Assembly (NCBI GenBank): GCA_951406725.2
Contig: OX597839.1
Location: forward strand, 992,001-1,056,000
DNA from: Octopus vulgaris
Lineage: Eukaryota
Length of the DNA: 64,000 nucleotides
Direction of reading: 5' to 3'
The translations under genes and the position numbers were made by a program. The notes below the pieces were generated by a model. The model ran no database searches. It was not told where the DNA came from and saw nothing but the letters and a program-made list of their open reading frames with translations. Below, piece after piece: positions 60,361 to 64,000 of this stretch (position 1 is its first letter; every line of letters starts with the position of its first letter).

Positions 60361-60369
60361 ATTGTCTAC

Positions 60370-60426
<57 letters not shown>

Positions 60427-60469
60427 ATGTATATATATATACAAATATATATTTGTATATATATACAAA

Positions 60470-60705
60470 GAGAGATCAAAGAGGAAAAGGATCCCATCAA
60501 CTTTAAACGGAGTCTGGATAGATTCCTTCAAAGAATACCAGATAAGCCACCCATAATTGGATACAACTCACCCAACAAGAACTCACTACTTGAACAAAAC
60601 TTGACTTAAACAGGATTCGAATAATCCTATCAGGTGGTGCTATTAAGTTAGACATGGCCTGGACCAATCTTTGGTCGAAACATATCTAAGTTTATCTAAG
60701 TTTAT
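60470..60705 (+). mobile_element. CR1/L2-like LINE 3' end
   Basis: FKRSLDRFLQRIPDKP...NSLL*; 3' stem-loop GACCAA/TTGGTC; tail (ATCTAAGTTT)2. Confidence 0.65.
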
Positions 60706-60708
60706 ATA

Positions 60709-60758
<50 letters not shown>

Positions 60759-60809
60759 CATATTTATTTATTCATTTATTTATTTATTTATCTATTCTTG
60801 TGGTTTCAG

Positions 60810-60949
60810 TTGAATTAGAATTTGCGGAAACAATGGGTGAAACCCAGTCTACATTCAAACCAGGTGATCAGGTAGAAATGTCTGGAAACATAACTTCATT
60901 AAAGAAGTTACAAAAAGGACATGGAGAATGGTGCTCTGGAATGGAATCC
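60810..60949 (+). CDS. Mind-bomb REP (SH3_15) exon of a MIB2-like E3 ligase family gene
   Basis: tttcag acceptor; ACA ATG G at 60833; TFKPGDQVEMSGNITSLKKLQKGHGEWCSGMES closely matches the MIB REP motif LQxGHGEW..xM; donor GTAGGT at 60950. Confidence 0.82.
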
Positions 60950-61047
60950 GTAGGTGTTGCTTTCTCTCTTTTTACCAGTATGCTATCTGATGTCTGTTAA
61001 TCAATGTAATTCATACTTATTCAAACATAATTATTATTATTATTAGT

Positions 61048-61092
<45 letters not shown>

Positions 61093-61186
61093 GTTGTTGT
61101 TGTTGTTGTTGTTGTTTTTGTTGTTGTTTTTGTTGTTGTTGTTGTTGTTGTTGCTGCTGTTGTTGTGTTGTTGTTATTATTATTTT

Positions 61187-63068
61187 ATGTTTGCCTTTTG
61201 CTTTACATTTGTACAAGTTGGCTCCAAGTCTCACCCAGAGACCTCAAGTGACAACAAACTGGAAGTTCATGTTGGTGTTATGCCTAGGGTGTCATATATT
61301 TGGATGTGTACATAGTATTGTTCTAGAGAATGTTTAAGAAACCATAAGAAAATTATGCTTGTTTTAATATTTGAGATTACATAGAAAGTATTTTGCGTAG
61401 GAGATGAACAGTTCCCATGAGCACTATCTTTTGAATTTTTGCCATTTTGGGGTTTCCTGGTATCTGAGTTAGGTAGCAATCAGCCCCTTTTTCTATCATT
61501 CCCAGGGCACCTATGACAACAGGTATTGTTCTAGTCTTCAGGTTCCACATTTTGCTAATTTCTATTTCGAGATCTTTATATTTCCTCAGTTTTTGGTAGG
61601 TCTTGACAGATACGTTTATATCGATTGGGACAGACATATAAATGAGGAGTCATGATTTTCGTCTGAAGTCATTCAATATTATGTCTGGCCTATTCGCATT
61701 TATCTTTCTATCAGTTTGAATGGTGAAGTTCCAGAGGAGTTAGATGTGATCATTTTCAAGCACTGGAGGTAGTTCGTGTTCCCACCAGTTTTTATCATGG
61801 GGCAAGTCCAGTCTTTTATCCAGTGAATATATTGTGCAGGTCTATCATACCTGTTGAGATACTCTGTAGGTGCAAGAAGACTGCACTTGGATGCATGATC
61901 AGAGGTTTCATTTTGTTATTGACATACACGACATGTTGGGCTACTGCCTTTTTTTAATATGTTGGTCTGGTAATTCCTTTCAGATTGTAAGCCAGAGGCC
62001 ATTAGCCATTCATGGGTAAGGGATTTGTCAACATCGGCATTATTAGCTCTCTTTGGGTTTTCAGTCAGAATATCTAAGGCAGCAGTTTTAGCACGGGTTT
62101 TCATGCACTTAGCTTTTTTTCTGCGCTTGTTTCTCGTATGCCTAATTCCGGAATTTGTTGTATATGGAATTCACTTAGATATTTCTTTGCCTATTTTGTT
62201 ACTGAGTACGATGCTTTCTTGATTTCATGTTTTGAGACAAGTTTTAACATCCAGTCCTCAGAGTTTTTCAGGTAGGTGTCTAGGCCAGTTGTGGTAATCT
62301 TCACTCTTATTGCCAGTTGTAAAAGTCCACGGCCTCCCTCTTTTCTTGGCAGATGTAGTCGTTCTATATCTGCCTTAGGGTGCTGCATTTTATGCATTGT
62401 TAACGGTTTTCGTATTTTTCTGTCAAGAATACATATTTCAGTAATTGACCAGTTAACGATATTGAACCTGTAAGTCACGACTGGTAGGGCTAAAGCATTG
62501 ATCGCTTCGATCCTGTTTCTCGCATTCAGCTCAGTATTGAGTATTACTCTTACTCTGCGATGACACTCTCTCCTGATCTTTTCCTTTGTCACTGAATGCC
62601 TTATTCCGTCCCCTTCAATTACCTCTAGGTATTTGTAGCTCTCCGTTGGGTCTAACTCTTTTATGAAGGTTAACGTTAGATGTTTCGCTTATTTTTCCTT
62701 TGATAAAGGTAGCTTTTGCACATTTATCTATGCCAAATTGCATTCTGATGTCATCACCGAATTGTTTAACAATCGCTAGTAAGCTCTTGAGTTGTTGGTC
62801 ATTTTTTGCAAAGAGCTTTAAATCATCCATGTAAATGAGATGATTTATATTTTTATCAAATATTTTATAACCGTACTGTGCATCATTAAGTAATTTTGAG
62901 AGAGGTATTAAGGCTAAACAAAAGAGGAATGGTGATAGTGAGTCACCCTCGAAAATGCCACGTGAAATGTTTACATCTGCAGCATTTAGAGATTCACTGT
63001 CACTGTTCAAAGTTAGTGTGGTTCTCCATGATCTCATACTATCAATCCAAGGGGGCCTTTCGTTGTGT
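61187..63068 (-). mobile_element. R4/Dong-type LINE (RT to 3' UTR), decayed
   Basis: RGIFEGDSLSP.LF; NHLIYMDDLKL; FGIDKC; ELNARN.I.AIN; RLE end; same family as 55128; microsatellite flanks. Confidence 0.93.
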
Positions 63069-63160
63069 TTTATTATTATTATTATTATTATTATCATTAT
63101 TATTATTATTGTTGTTGTTGTTGTTGTTGTTTTTGTTGTTGTTATCATCATCATCATCAA

Positions 63161-63236
<76 letters not shown>

Positions 63237-63245
63237 TTCATTATT

Positions 63246-63283
<38 letters not shown>

Positions 63284-63309
63284 TATTATAATCATTATTA
63301 TTATTCAAT

Positions 63310-63661
63310 AGTTTTATTTTTATAACGTGCTTTCACCGCACAAGCGAGCGCAGCTCTGTGTGCCTTGGGTATGTGCTCTGGTTTGCTGTGATGCTCTTAT
63401 GGTTACTGTATTGAAAGTGTTTTACGTAGGATGTGTGCAGTGCCTAGTAGTGCTATTTCCTGTATGTTATATATATTTGTTAATCCTGGTGTTTTTGTTA
63501 TGTATTTGCCTGAATATTTTTTATCATACCTAATGCACCCACCATGATAGGAATTGTTTCTGTTTTTAGACTCCATATTCGAGTTGCCTCTATTTCCATG
63601 TCTTTGTATTTGGAAAGTTTCTCCATTTCTTTTAGAGAAACGTTATCATCTGTTGGTATTG

Positions 63662-63665
<4 letters not shown>
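63310..63665 (-). mobile_element. Another R4/Dong-type 3' fragment
   Basis: Minus strand EKLSKYKD.EIE...TIPI.VGALG...IALLGTAHILRK. Confidence 0.8.
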
Positions 63666-63706
<41 letters not shown>

Positions 63707-64000
63707 GTTGTTGTTGTTGTTGTGTTTCGTAATACTTTGGTTTATATTCCTATTATGTTTTTTATTAATCTTTTTATCAGAATTTTTACTTTTTCAGTTC
63801 TTTTTTATAAGCCTTGTTTGTATCCGTCTCAGTAGTATATATCCATTCATTTTCCCCATCTTTATCTATATTACTCTTATATCTATAGACTTTTTTATAC
63901 ACGGATTTTAAGTTATTTCTTTATTAACCTCATAGTGTGGATCTATGTTCTTTCTTACATTTCAATTTTTCTTTATATCCTGTCTCACTAAATGCTAGGT

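Noticed and set aside
60650-60690. GACCAA/TTGGTC-GAAA hairpin as a ribozyme
   Set aside because: Lacks CUGANGA; better explained as a LINE 3' stem-loop

Overview
AT-rich, microsatellite-dense eukaryotic DNA. The SINE families and repeat content look like Octopus (cephalopod); this is recognition from memory, not a search result. Architecture: an old inverted segmental duplication (left arm <=1-16805, right arm ~40118-57800) flanks a ~23 kb core with nested direct duplications. The only host-gene signal is three Mind-bomb REP (SH3_15)-like exons: 4935-5090 (-), 53529-53684 (+) and 60810-60949 (+). Everything else recognisable is transposon material: R4/Dong-type LINE ends and a ~555 bp partner element in (TAA)n, L1/Tx1 fragments, Helentron/Helitron-like, hAT, a MITE and tRNA-derived SINEs. 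The most interesting signal is a set of unrelated ~450-510 bp non-coding units sitting in (TA)n tracts, each carrying a type I hammerhead ribozyme. Two form head-to-head, circularly permuted arrays, and they occupy the same (TA)n site in the two arms. A Penelope-like GIY-YIG element with its own promoter and minimal hammerhead sits in another (TA)n tract. Together these suggest a microsatellite-targeted PLE/retrozyme system. Coordinates were read by eye; repeat edges are approximate.
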